Origin: Candidatus Micrarchaeota archaeon
Lineage (GTDB): Archaea; Micrarchaeota; Micrarchaeia; Anstonellales; Bilamarchaeaceae
Length of the DNA: 64,000 bases
Assembly (NCBI GenBank): GCA_038046805.1
Contig: JBBSVO010000003.1
Location: forward strand, 93,963 to 157,962
Reading direction: 5' to 3'
The notes under the pieces are model-generated. The model was not told the origin of the DNA, ran no database searches, and worked only from the letters and a program-made list of their open reading frames with translations. The translations under genes were made by a program, and so were the position numbers. Shown here piece by piece: positions 26,320 to 35,991 of the stretch; position 1 is the first letter of the stretch, and the number at the start of each line of letters is the position of its first letter.

Positions 26320-28266
26320 TTAAATCACGGCGCGCCTGCTCAATTCCCTCGCCAGTGTCATTTGCTCAAATGGCTTCCCTGAGTTTTCCTTTTCAACGAG
26401 AGAGGCGAGTTCCTCTACGCCCATCTCCTTTTTCTCCCCGCTCGCCCGCATTGAAACGCTTAGTTTTCCGCTTTCGATTTCTTTGTCACCTATAACGGCA
26501 ACATAAGGAATCCATTCTTTTTCTGCATCGCGGATTTTCTTTCCCAATTGCTCGCTTCTGTCGTCAAAATCAACGCGAACCAGACGATTTCCGAATTCCG
26601 CCAGAATCTTCTGCGCGTAATCGCGGTGTTTATCGCTAACAGGAATAACACGGATTTGTGTTGGGGCAAGCCATATTGGCAGCATTGCCTTTTTCCCTTG
26701 TTTCATTTTTCTTGCTTCATTCTCAAGAAGCGCATAAATAACACGTTCGAGGCTTCCTGAGATCGACGCATGAAGAATAAACGGCTTTTTCTTAGAGCCA
26801 TCCTCTGCAATATAATTTATGTCGTATGTGTCTGCATTCTCAACATCTATCTGGACTGTTGAAAGTGCGCTTGCCTTGTCATTGTTATCTACGAAATTGA
26901 ATTCAAATTTCGTGATAAAATACGCATAACGTTCCTTGAACAATTCAACAAGAATGGGTTTCCCCCATTTCTTTACCATTGAAAGATACCAATCCTTGTT
27001 TTCGTTGAAAAAGTCCTCCTGAATTCTAAAGCCTGCTTCACTGTCCAAACCCATATCGTTCATCCAGTCAAGAGATTTGAAAAACTGTGCTTCAAATTCT
27101 GCCTTTGCTTGATCAATATCACCGCAGAACGTGTGCATATCCGGCATTGTGAATGCCCGTAATCGTTTGAGTCCCGCGAGTTCACCGCCCTGCTCGCGAC
27201 GGAAGCTATATCTTGTAAGCTCGAACATTTTCAGCGGAAGGTGTTTGTAACTAATGACCATGTCGTGCGCGATTAGAAATTGCCCAAAACACGCTGCGAA
27301 TCTGAGGAACAACTTCTTGTCTTCGCTAATTACTGTATATTGGCGCGCGGGAAAGCGGTTCAAATATTTTTTTAGTGTTGGGTGTTCGTAATCATACATT
27401 ATCGGGGTTTCCACTTCCATCGCCCCATAGTTCGAACAGTAATCCGTAATCGCGCGTTCGAGAATCTTTTTGATGAGCCGCCCTTTTGGAAGGAAACGGA
27501 AATTACCGGAATCGCTTCCAGGCTCGTAATCAATCAGGCCGTGTTCTTTCATGATTTTGATATGCGGTGGCTCGGTTTCATACGCCCGGACTTTCTTTGT
27601 TTCATAGGTTGCGAATGTTTTCAGGCCTGCGTTCTTCCCATAGTTAAATTTATCCACTTCGTGTAGTTTGCCTTCAAGGTCAAAGATATGGAAATGGCTT
27701 TTCATTACACTTTCCTGCTTTAGACTGGCGGAAATTACCTCTTTTTCCATTTCCTTTCCGTCGGTACCAATTCTCGCGCCAATCCCAGCCCCAACCTCAG
27801 TTCCGATTCCAGTACCAATTTGCTTTCCGGTATCGCCCTCGGCTTTCAACTCGCGGGATAATTCACTTAGCGGATGGCCTTTGCATCTGAGCGTGTAACT
27901 CTTATACCATCCAAAAGGAGAATGGTCTGCAGTGTAACCAGCATGTTTCAGCAATCCTTCTGCCTTTTCAATAACAGAACGCGCAACACGTGGTGCGGAC
28001 GGCTTTGATGTAAGATGAACAAGCGGATAAAGAAGAATGTTTTTTGCCTTTAACTGCTTTGCAACATTTTCCGTCTCGCTTGCGAGCTTTTGTGCTACAG
28101 ATGCAACGTCTTCGTCCCCCTCTTCAACAGCAGTAAACACTACGAGCACTTCCTCGTATTTTTGCTTCCCTTTCTTGCCTTCGCTATCAAGCAATTCCGC
28201 ATCCTTTATTGCCTTGCTAAGCGCCTCAACCTCAATGAAATCCGCGTGTACTGTAAGTATTCTCAT
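26320..28266 (-). CDS. thrS: threonine--tRNA ligase, archaeal type with N-terminal archaeal editing domain
   Basis: The N-terminus MRILTVHADFIEVEA resembles the archaeal ThrRS editing domain. Class II core and C-terminal anticodon-binding domain. Gly-rich insert GTGIGTEVGAGIGARIGTDG. ATG at 28266. Confidence 0.9.
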   Translation of the reverse strand: MRILTVHADFIEVEALSKAIKDAELLDSEGKKGKQKYEEVLVVFTAVEEGDEDVASVAQKLASETENVAKQLKAKNILLYPLVHLTSKPSAPRVARSVIEKAEGLLKHAGYTADHSPFGWYKSYTLRCKGHPLSELSRELKAEGDTGKQIGTGIGTEVGAGIGARIGTDGKEMEKEVISASLKQESVMKSHFHIFDLEGKLHEVDKFNYGKNAGLKTFATYETKKVRAYETEPPHIKIMKEHGLIDYEPGSDSGNFRFLPKGRLIKKILERAITDYCSNYGAMEVETPIMYDYEHPTLKKYLNRFPARQYTVISEDKKLFLRFAACFGQFLIAHDMVISYKHLPLKMFELTRYSFRREQGGELAGLKRLRAFTMPDMHTFCGDIDQAKAEFEAQFFKSLDWMNDMGLDSEAGFRIQEDFFNENKDWYLSMVKKWGKPILVELFKERYAYFITKFEFNFVDNNDKASALSTVQIDVENADTYDINYIAEDGSKKKPFILHASISGSLERVIYALLENEARKMKQGKKAMLPIWLAPTQIRVIPVSDKHRDYAQKILAEFGNRLVRVDFDDRSEQLGKKIRDAEKEWIPYVAVIGDKEIESGKLSVSMRASGEKKEMGVEELASLVEKENSGKPFEQMTLARELSRRAVI

Positions 28267-28329
28267 AGATACCAATCCTTCTTTGCATTTGTTGCATTTT
28301 ATATGTGAATAATAAAAGATAAAAAAGAA

Positions 28330-28839
28330 TCACACTGGCAGGTTGGCTGAATCACGATATCCCTCAACTGGGTGGGATCGCTGCACATATCGCGGGTAAT
28401 GCCACTGTGGAGAATGAAATCCATACGGAAGATCACGCAGCCCGTATATGCGCTCGAAATCACATAATTTACTCGCGAAAACCCTAAATTCAGATACAAC
28501 CACACCGATCGGAACATCCCTATCTAGTAAGGGTAAGATACTTTCTGGTTTCTTACGACTTGCATCCAACCAAATCGTCAGGAAACGCGCAAGGTGCGGA
28601 TTCGACAATGAAATCAAACCATCGACTCTTTCGCGAATTACCTGCTCGGCTTCTGTTTGGAAATAAATTTGCATAGCACGTGGATTATCTGCATCCGGAC
28701 AAGTTCTTTTCGGTCTTATCGCGCATTCGAGTGCAAGAAGCTGAGGTCCTTTGAACTTAAAACTCCTTTTTGTAATGAGCCCGCCCTTACCCCTAACCTG
28801 GCATTCCGAAGGAATTCCGATTTTAAGAACTACCACCAT
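28330..28839 (-). CDS. hypothetical protein (orfB-like, overlaps the upstream HTH fragment in another frame)
   Basis: 169-aa ORF. Its ATG at 28837-28839 lies 17 nt inside the end of the HTH reading frame. Confidence 0.45.
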   Translation of the reverse strand: MVVVLKIGIPSECQVRGKGGLITKRSFKFKGPQLLALECAIRPKRTCPDADNPRAMQIYFQTEAEQVIRERVDGLISLSNPHLARFLTIWLDASRKKPESILPLLDRDVPIGVVVSEFRVFASKLCDFERIYGLRDLPYGFHSPQWHYPRYVQRSHPVEGYRDSANLPV

Positions 28840-29032
28840 TCAAACACCTCCATATTGCCATGCGAGATACCTTGCAGATATCAGCTATGCCACGTATGCG
28901 ATACTCTCCACTCAGATAGAGCTTCCTCGCCAAATCCACCTGTTCTTTACTAAGCGCTCTTTTCCTTCCCCTGCGCTCAAACCGTCCGAAGTCTTCTTTT
29001 CTATTGCCGTGTTTCTAAACACCCTTTTTCAT
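28823..29032 (-). pseudogene. resolvase/invertase-type HTH fragment interrupted by an in-frame TAG
   Basis: ATG-KKGV-TAG (29015-29017), then 63 sense codons encoding ...RKRALSKEQVDLARKLYLSGEYRIRGIADICKVSRMAIWRCL, which resembles Hin/resolvase C-terminal HTH. No catalytic domain. Confidence 0.4.
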
Positions 29033-29064
29033 TTTTCATCAAATTCACCCCATTTTTTATTTTC

Positions 29065-29116
29065 CCAATTGAACGGCAAACCGTTCAATGGGCGCGATGA
29101 ACGTTTCGACGTTCAT
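29065..29116 (+). repeat. tandem-hairpin module type B, left copy
   Basis: CCAATTGAACGG-CAAA-CCGTTCAATGG, spacer, ATGAACG-TTTCGA-CGTTCAT. A third hairpin, CGTGAC-TTGCG-GTCACG, lies at 29147-29163. Confidence 0.7.
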
Positions 29117-29387
29117 CCGCGTTATTTTGTTTTCAATTCCAGATCCCGTGACTTGCGGTCACGATCTCTCGATGTATTTTCTAATACATCAAGATTCCAA
29201 AATTCCTTCAGCGCCAAGTCTACCCAAAAAGAAAATTTCAAACAAAAATTCAGATTTCTTCAAGGGTCGGGCTGGATATGTGGAATTAGCACGTAGTTGT
29301 GGTTGTTATGCCCGAATCCTTGCTTGCCATTTTTATCAAATAAATTACAGTTCAGGTTCTATTTAAAGGTTTGTCACGGAAAACGCG

Positions 29388-29918
29388 TTGACAATTCCAT
29401 TTAAATACGTAATGTACCAACATAGAATTATGAAACCATCTACGAAATTTGCTTTGAAAAACGCGATTATACACCCAAAAATCACGGCCAGGGCTGCATG
29501 GAATGCATATATCAGTGAGAAACCATTTTTAGATCGGTTGAAAACCACCCAAATGGCTTTGGTGAAACTGAGAGAATTCATGTTAGAGAATAAATTTACA
29601 AAGACTGAGCAAAAGCATGTTGCAGAGGCTGCAAAAGGACTGGAGTTCATTATTCAGGTTGGGCACCATTCGGAAAAACCAAAATCAATAGCAATTGTCA
29701 CGAGAATGATGAAGGGTGTCATGTATTATAGGGTAATAAGAGCAGAAGCCACGGATGCATTTCCGAAAAGAGTTGATGAGGCAAATAGAATCGAACCGAA
29801 TACGGCTTTTGATTCCGAGTTTTGCATGAAGGCGAGACTAATCGCTTCTGCCAGTCAACAATTGGCTGAAGCTGGCGACGCGTTTCGGGACTTATTCCTC
29901 AAGCCGCAATTCGGATAG
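29388..29918 (+). CDS. hypothetical protein
   Basis: 176-aa ORF with no recognised motif. Confidence 0.45.
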   Translation: MTIPFKYVMYQHRIMKPSTKFALKNAIIHPKITARAAWNAYISEKPFLDRLKTTQMALVKLREFMLENKFTKTEQKHVAEAAKGLEFIIQVGHHSEKPKSIAIVTRMMKGVMYYRVIRAEATDAFPKRVDEANRIEPNTAFDSEFCMKARLIASASQQLAEAGDAFRDLFLKPQFG

Positions 29919-30037
29919 AATCAAACAACAAGATTTCATGGCCAAACAGAACAATTTTAAGTCTTGTTAGAAACATTAATACATCGCTGAAAAAACGTTG
30001 GAGTTGAACCGAATTTTATGGGTTTATCGACAAAGAG

Positions 30038-31135
30038 GTGTATCGCATGAACAGGTTCATGCGAGGAGGCCCACGCACTGCTTCTACAACAGGTATAGCA
30101 CCACCCAGTCCTGGTTCTGCAGCAGTAATTCGCACTATAGATACATTTCTCCGCGTGCGCACCAGAGCTGACGAAACAGCAAATGGTTCGTGGAATGACA
30201 GACGAACGAAATTTGTCGCTTCATGCAGGATTCTTGCAGAGGACATTCTTAGATTGAATAACGAGGGGATTGCACTTTCCAAAGACCAGATTAGACTCCG
30301 TATGATCGTAAAAGGCTTGGATTCTAGCAATGATTTTGCAACATCTGCAGTTGGTATTGGCGATGTCTTTAATTTCATTTCCCACGGCGTTGGGATGCCA
30401 CGAGTCATGTTTGGTAATTCATTCGAACTTGGAGAGTACATTCGTTTATTTTGTATCGAACATGGATTGGAAATGCCATATAACCCAAACCCTTTGAATC
30501 TTTCAGATACAACCACGGTAGTAATCAGATTAAGACACGAAATATTGATTAGACATATACAGATACCTGATGAAGAGATGAGCAGATTACTTACTGCAGT
30601 TCATTTTGACATTTTTTCCGAAGTTCATGCATTATTCCGCGAAGCGTTGCGGGTCGTGAAGAGCGGAGTCGGAGAATTACAGCCTCTTGTCCGCTCACTC
30701 ATAGATATGTCAGGCAAAAGTATTGATGCCTGCATGACATTAACTGTTATTGCAGCTTTTTGTGCGAATTCTAAAGACAGACTGCAAGCTACTGAACGCC
30801 TCCTATCTTTGAGGGCATCTCCTGATTCACGCATTTCGATTACTGCCCACACTATTTTGTTTGATTTGCAGGCATATTCCGAGTATGGAGACATCAGAAG
30901 GCTCCTGAATGATGCGGGTTTTACTAGCAGATATTACGAGGATTTGTTTACCAGAGAACACCCACGATCGAGACTAGATCCTGCAGTTGGGGAGATCCAT
31001 GACCAAAAAAGAGGGTTTGCCATTCGCGTTATTGGCGGAGAGCGGAAAATCATAGATAAAAAACCAAGAATCGTAGGCGGAACCTCAAAAACAGTACCTC
31101 TCGAACATAATGAAGCATTTGGAAAATTCGATTAA
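30038..31135 (+). CDS. hypothetical protein
   Basis: 365-aa ORF with no recognised motif. Confidence 0.5.
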   Translation: MYRMNRFMRGGPRTASTTGIAPPSPGSAAVIRTIDTFLRVRTRADETANGSWNDRRTKFVASCRILAEDILRLNNEGIALSKDQIRLRMIVKGLDSSNDFATSAVGIGDVFNFISHGVGMPRVMFGNSFELGEYIRLFCIEHGLEMPYNPNPLNLSDTTTVVIRLRHEILIRHIQIPDEEMSRLLTAVHFDIFSEVHALFREALRVVKSGVGELQPLVRSLIDMSGKSIDACMTLTVIAAFCANSKDRLQATERLLSLRASPDSRISITAHTILFDLQAYSEYGDIRRLLNDAGFTSRYYEDLFTREHPRSRLDPAVGEIHDQKRGFAIRVIGGERKIIDKKPRIVGGTSKTVPLEHNEAFGKFD

Positions 31136-31143
31136 ATTAATTT

Positions 31144-31647
31144 TCACTTCCTTGTTTTCACATACTTGAACGCATCATGTCCTGCATGGACTTTAACATA
31201 ATTTTTCACGAACGCAAGAAATGCGCGCGGTTTTTCAACTACTAGTCTTCTATCACGCACCCGCGCACCAAAACCAAGCCTAATGAGAATCATCTCATCC
31301 TGTTTTCTAGGACGCTCAATATATATGAAACCCTTTTCATCAATCCCGCCCGCAGAATCAAACATCCCGGCAAGATAACTCGCAGCGTATTCATTCAGGT
31401 ATTTGAACCGCTCGAGCTGCTCGTCTTCAACATCCTGAAAGAATTTTCTATAAGCAGTATGATAAAAGTAAACGCTGTCTTGAGTGGCAAGAAGCTTGTC
31501 GCTGGTCGTAAGTCCCAGGTCTATTGCATCTTTGGAAAAAATCTCGCAAAAAGAACTCTCTCCATAAACCCCAATTCCTTCCTTTGTCCTGCGCTTGCGC
31601 CAGAAACCAATCACATATGAAAGTTCGGGAGTAAGTTTTATTTTCAT
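31144..31647 (-). CDS. LAGLIDADG-like (homing endonuclease fold) protein, first motif degenerate
   Basis: AASYLAGMFDSAGGID matches the LAGLIDADG consensus. The N-terminal LSYVIGFWRKRRT is a degenerate first copy. At 167 aa it is close to single-chain I-DmoI-type enzymes. Confidence 0.5.
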   Translation of the reverse strand: MKIKLTPELSYVIGFWRKRRTKEGIGVYGESSFCEIFSKDAIDLGLTTSDKLLATQDSVYFYHTAYRKFFQDVEDEQLERFKYLNEYAASYLAGMFDSAGGIDEKGFIYIERPRKQDEMILIRLGFGARVRDRRLVVEKPRAFLAFVKNYVKVHAGHDAFKYVKTRK

Positions 31648-31701
31648 GAGATATTCACCCAGTATGGAAAATATAAATCGTACTGATACAACATATCAGA
31701 A

Positions 31702-32124
31702 TCAATGCATCAGAATCTTCTTTGGAACAGATAGTATTTTTTCCTCTCGTTTTCCAACTGCAAGCTCAGCAACTTCGGAATTCAAAAATTCATCGCGCTG
31801 AAGCGTCAGCCATCTGGCAACCTTGAACGGAACTCCGGCTCTTTTGAACATATCCCTTAATTCATTTTGTTCTGACTGGGAAAACGGCTCCCTGCCAGAT
31901 GAAATCCGATCGTTTGCAGTATTAAGGAGCAGTGAAAAACGTTTGATATCTAATTCTGAGGATTTTCCAGTGCCAAGTGCTGTAAGAAGTCCGCGCGCGA
32001 GAATTGTGTTTCGCTTCTTTGTTTTATCAAGAAGTCGTTTCAGGCTGGAGGCATCCCGCTCTCCGAGTTTTCCGAATCGTGCAGAATCAAGCACCCTTTT
32101 CGCGAAATCTTCAAAGAATCCCAT
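31702..32124 (-). CDS. hypothetical protein
   Basis: 140-aa ORF with no recognised motif. Confidence 0.45.
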   Translation of the reverse strand: MGFFEDFAKRVLDSARFGKLGERDASSLKRLLDKTKKRNTILARGLLTALGTGKSSELDIKRFSLLLNTANDRISSGREPFSQSEQNELRDMFKRAGVPFKVARWLTLQRDEFLNSEVAELAVGKREEKILSVPKKILMH

Positions 32125-32149
32125 AAAAATTCCTCTAAATTTTTATACT

Positions 32150-32199
32150 CCAATTGAACGTCGCAACGTTCAATGGACCATAAAACGTTTCAACGTTTT
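32150..32199 (+). repeat. tandem-hairpin module type B, right copy
   Basis: CCAATTGAACG-TCGCAA-CGTTCAATGG, spacer, AAAACG-TTTCAA-CGTTTT. Same orientation as 29065-29116. Confidence 0.7.
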
Positions 32200-32229
32200 A
32201 TTGGTGTCGAAAATCTCGGATTTTCTCCA

Positions 32230-32288
32230 TGTCGCGAACGACGATTCGTTCGCGAGCATGTTCATGAATGCAATGCATTCACGACATC
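32230..32288 (+). repeat. tandem-hairpin module type A, intergenic copy
   Basis: TGTC-GCGAACGA-CGAT-TCGTTCGC-GAGCATGTTC-ATGAATGCA-A-TGCATTCA-CGACATC. Stems differ from the other copies by paired (compensatory) substitutions. Confidence 0.75.
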
Positions 32289-32318
32289 CCATAATATAAT
32301 CCCCGTACAAACTGGGCG

Positions 32319-34589
32319 CTAAAGATTCTTAATCTTGTTCTTCCAGTCATCAACCGCTTCCTTGAACTTCGCCCTTTCTACAACCACTATACTCTCAACA
32401 TCCCGGTATTTTATGAGCGCAAGAACGACTTTCCCCCCGACTACGGCGACGCTTCCATATTCATGCATGTGCATTTTCTGTGAAAGGGTCCGCAGATAGG
32501 AAAGAAGCTTCACTGCAAGAACGCCAAACACAGTCCCGCTTCCACCGTCTGCTACCTGAACAACTGTAAGTTTTCCGCTTTTCACTACTGCAACGCCGCG
32601 CATCAGATTTTTATCAAGAAGGAGCTTTGTCGCATCCTCTGCACTCATAGTTTTTTTCTTTATAACGTTTCCTTCAAATGAAAAACCAAGATCCTCGTGC
32701 TCTTTTGCATATCTTGAAAGAGCCCATAATCTAAGTGAGGATGGAATTGTAAGAAGATTCGAAGCATATGCCTCATTCTTATCACGCAAAAGCGCGGTGA
32801 TATTATCGCTCCATTTTGGCCAACTCTCCTCGGAAACTCGCTTTTTCTCATGCAGGCTGTCCATAGCCCCTTCAACCTTCTCAAGCATTTCCGAGATCGT
32901 TTTCTTTGCGTAGTTATCAGCCTTTGACAAAAGAGTGTCTATATGTTGAAGTGAAATCGTACTTAGGAGATCGTATTCTTCACCTACTTCAAAACCATTT
33001 TTTCCGAGCTGGTCCACCAGGCTTTTAAGTTCCCCGATTTTTGACTTAAGCTGAGTTACGTTTGCAGCAAAAACATCTTTTTCTTCTTTTATCGCCTGCC
33101 CGTAAATGCGCTCAAGCGCATATATTCTGACGAAATTATCCACACTGCTATATAGGAGAAGCATGCCTGCAGCAACTCCAAACCATGCACCGAATCCATA
33201 ATAGTCTTCAAAAACGAGCGGAATAAAACGAAGAACATCAAATTCGCTGTCACCTGTTTTGGCAAGAAATAGAGATATTCCAATGCCAACAACAAACAAA
33301 AGAACTCCAAGTCCCGCATCGGTCTTCCAGCGCATTTCGGTTTTTCCAATCACTCTTTTGAACGCAGCAGTATTATTTTCGTGTTGTGACCGCGCTTTCA
33401 ATAGATTAAATGCAACCAGCGCCATAGAATAGAAGAAGAGGATTATAATGATCGTAAGTGCTGTTGCCACACCAAGAGAAATAAAGTAATTTTTTGTGAA
33501 CGAATGAAACAAATCAAAAATGGCAATGCTCGGTTTGAGGGCATCTGTGCTTATGCTTTTGATTATTATAACCGGTCTGTCCAAACGCTCAGCAACATCA
33601 GAAGGCGCCATTGTAGATGTGAACTCATAGAAAAGAATTGATTTTTTATTTACATACGGTTTTATCGTAGGCCAACTGATTTCGCCCTTGTCGCTTTTTA
33701 TCTGCTGCGGGGAAACAAATTCAGAAGAAAGTGCTGCAATTGAAGGCGTAACAACATCTTTTACGATAAGGTCGCTATATACACCATTTTTTACATCTCC
33801 TGTGCGCTCCAGTTCCAAAAAGACATAATAACGATAAGATGAAGGTTTCATGCTGTATGCGACCAATCTGTCAAGCATTTCGCGGAGATTGTCCGCTCCG
33901 TATGTCCCCATGTCACAAATCCCGAACACATCTGATTGGGAGAGCGGATTTGCATTAATGGCAGCCACAAAGGATTCTATTTCAAGGATCCGGCTTACCA
34001 TGTCTGATTTTTTTGAATCAGAAGTTTCCGCATCCTTGAGCGACGGTATCTTGTTTTGTAGGGAAACAGTGGCATCGTATATTCCGCTGTTTGCCTTGAC
34101 GTATGAAAGAATGAAATGACCCAGAATGTCAGGATAATCCTCGACAAGCTTTTTGCATTTTTGGGAGCTGGATGAACAAAGTTTTGAACACGTCGCCTCA
34201 TCAAGACATCTTACTCCGCTAAGGCCTATCGCACCGCCACATTCCTTGTCGGCATCTGCCTTTTCCTTTATGAAATTCTCAAAAAGTGATTCGATCTTGT
34301 CTGCATCTTCCGAACTGAGTTCCTTGAGCTGACTGGTTTCCACCGAATATGCCGGAACCACGATCAGGTTTCTCCTAACAAGTATATCTGTGTCCTTGAG
34401 CCGATATGCTGTGAACGAATAGGTAAGGACATCCTGATAAAAATCGCCTTCTATATCGTAGGAATTCGAAGATAGTACTATTTCTTTCTTGTTTTCGGAT
34501 GCAATTTTTTCACTTATGCAACCAGAAATCAACAGCACGGCAACAATGCTGAACAGCAGCATTACGCGCGTGATGCGCGGGTATTCCAT
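32319..34589 (-). CDS. large membrane-anchored hypothetical protein with lipobox-like N-terminus
   Basis: 756 aa. Signal/anchor ...LLISGC, a central cluster of TM helices and a coiled-coil C-terminal half. Confidence 0.5.
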   Translation of the reverse strand: MEYPRITRVMLLFSIVAVLLISGCISEKIASENKKEIVLSSNSYDIEGDFYQDVLTYSFTAYRLKDTDILVRRNLIVVPAYSVETSQLKELSSEDADKIESLFENFIKEKADADKECGGAIGLSGVRCLDEATCSKLCSSSSQKCKKLVEDYPDILGHFILSYVKANSGIYDATVSLQNKIPSLKDAETSDSKKSDMVSRILEIESFVAAINANPLSQSDVFGICDMGTYGADNLREMLDRLVAYSMKPSSYRYYVFLELERTGDVKNGVYSDLIVKDVVTPSIAALSSEFVSPQQIKSDKGEISWPTIKPYVNKKSILFYEFTSTMAPSDVAERLDRPVIIIKSISTDALKPSIAIFDLFHSFTKNYFISLGVATALTIIIILFFYSMALVAFNLLKARSQHENNTAAFKRVIGKTEMRWKTDAGLGVLLFVVGIGISLFLAKTGDSEFDVLRFIPLVFEDYYGFGAWFGVAAGMLLLYSSVDNFVRIYALERIYGQAIKEEKDVFAANVTQLKSKIGELKSLVDQLGKNGFEVGEEYDLLSTISLQHIDTLLSKADNYAKKTISEMLEKVEGAMDSLHEKKRVSEESWPKWSDNITALLRDKNEAYASNLLTIPSSLRLWALSRYAKEHEDLGFSFEGNVIKKKTMSAEDATKLLLDKNLMRGVAVVKSGKLTVVQVADGGSGTVFGVLAVKLLSYLRTLSQKMHMHEYGSVAVVGGKVVLALIKYRDVESIVVVERAKFKEAVDDWKNKIKNL

Positions 34590-34638
34590 GAACAGGGTTT
34601 AAATCTTTAGCTTTTAAACCTTTTTGAGGAGGTTGAAC

Positions 34639-35991
34639 ATGCAGGTTTCACAAATTCTAAAGAGTGTGCTTGAACGGATTTCACCGACAACGACAGAAGT
34701 TGAGGCAGAAAAAAGGTTTGCAGAAGAAAGCATGGATAAGCTCCGAAACTATGTTCCAGACGGAGCGCACGTAATGTTGATGGGATCTGTTGCTAAAGGA
34801 ACCTTCCTACGCGGAAACATGGATGTTGATATATTTATCCTGCTTCCGAAAACGGTGCGACAGGATGAATTCGAAAGTATTGCAAAAAGGGCTGCTGCCG
34901 GAGCATTTCCCGGCCCGGACACAAGAATCATCATAAGGTATTCCCAGCACCCATACGTAAGCGTTTATGCAAAATCAGGGGGAGAAGAAAGGAAACTTGA
35001 TATAGTTCCTGCTTATGAGATAAAAACCGCCAGCGAACGGATTACTGCGGTTGACCGCACAACATTGCATGTAAAATATATTTACAAAAATCTGAAACGC
35101 AGTGCAATTCCAGATGTACGTCTTCTTAAAAAATTCCTCAGGGCAGCAGGGGCATATGGGGCAGAAATAAGGATTGAAGGTTTTTCCGGATATCTTTGCG
35201 AACTGTTGATAATAAAATATGGAAGTTTTATGCGTTTCCTGCGAGAGGCTGCACAATGGAAAGAATCGACTCGCAACGAGAATAAAAAGAATGTTTTGAT
35301 AATAGACCTTGCGAAATATTATCCACGCGCGCTTTATCCCAGGCTTATTGAAAAGTTCAAGGATTCTAGATTGATTGTTATAGATCCGACGGACAAAAAC
35401 CGCAATGTTGCAGCGATTGTTTCCAAAGAAAGCATACGAAGACTATCATTGGTTGCACGTGCGTTCATAAAAGCACCAACCGAAAAATACTTTTTCAGAA
35501 CCGAAAATGAAATAATGGGGGAAAAAATGAATTATCTGAAAAAGAAGAGCGGAAAAACTTACGAGATAGTATTTCCTGCTCCGCGAGTTCCCGAGGATGT
35601 GTTATGGGGACAATTGAAAAGAATGGCAAAGGACTTAGTAAATTATCTGGAAAGAAATGACTTTGAAACAAGCGGAATTGTAGCCGATGCCAATGAGAAA
35701 GAAGCAAAAATTTTCATTGGGGTGAAAACAGAAACACTCGGAAAAATACGACTAATGTCAGGACCTCCTATGAAAAAAGAATTCGAAAAGAACCTAGAGG
35801 AATTCAAAAAGGCACACCCTAGATCAAGAATTATAATAAAAAAAGGAAAGACATTTGCAGAAGTCCAGAGAAGCCTTAGAGATTCAAATGACGCAATTTC
35901 AATGTTCTTTAAAACTCGGGTCTTACCATCCCATTTTATAGAAAAAAGAGGAGTAGTGACGATAAAAAGAATTGGTGGAGGGAAAAAGTGA
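34639..35991 (+). CDS. cca: CCA-adding enzyme (tRNA nucleotidyltransferase), archaeal class I
   Basis: GSVAKGTFLRGNMDVDIFIL nucleotidyltransferase motif. Length and layout match archaeal CCA enzymes. ATG at 34639 is preceded by GAGGAGG. Confidence 0.85.
   Translation: MQVSQILKSVLERISPTTTEVEAEKRFAEESMDKLRNYVPDGAHVMLMGSVAKGTFLRGNMDVDIFILLPKTVRQDEFESIAKRAAAGAFPGPDTRIIIRYSQHPYVSVYAKSGGEERKLDIVPAYEIKTASERITAVDRTTLHVKYIYKNLKRSAIPDVRLLKKFLRAAGAYGAEIRIEGFSGYLCELLIIKYGSFMRFLREAAQWKESTRNENKKNVLIIDLAKYYPRALYPRLIEKFKDSRLIVIDPTDKNRNVAAIVSKESIRRLSLVARAFIKAPTEKYFFRTENEIMGEKMNYLKKKSGKTYEIVFPAPRVPEDVLWGQLKRMAKDLVNYLERNDFETSGIVADANEKEAKIFIGVKTETLGKIRLMSGPPMKKEFEKNLEEFKKAHPRSRIIIKKGKTFAEVQRSLRDSNDAISMFFKTRVLPSHFIEKRGVVTIKRIGGGKK

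Noticed and set aside
29015-29017. In-frame TAG in the HTH frame as evidence of stop-codon recoding (for example pyrrolysine)
   Set aside because: TAG clearly terminates ordinary genes in this window (for example 8337-9086 and 41195-41548). A decayed gene or an internal start is the simpler explanation.
28840-29387. Possible structured RNA (stem TCGGGC...GCCCGA around 29266-29316 and hairpin GATGTATT-TTCT-AATACATC at 29171-29190)
   Set aside because: These are isolated stems with no second copy and no recognisable RNA family, so they are too weak to call without a covariance search.
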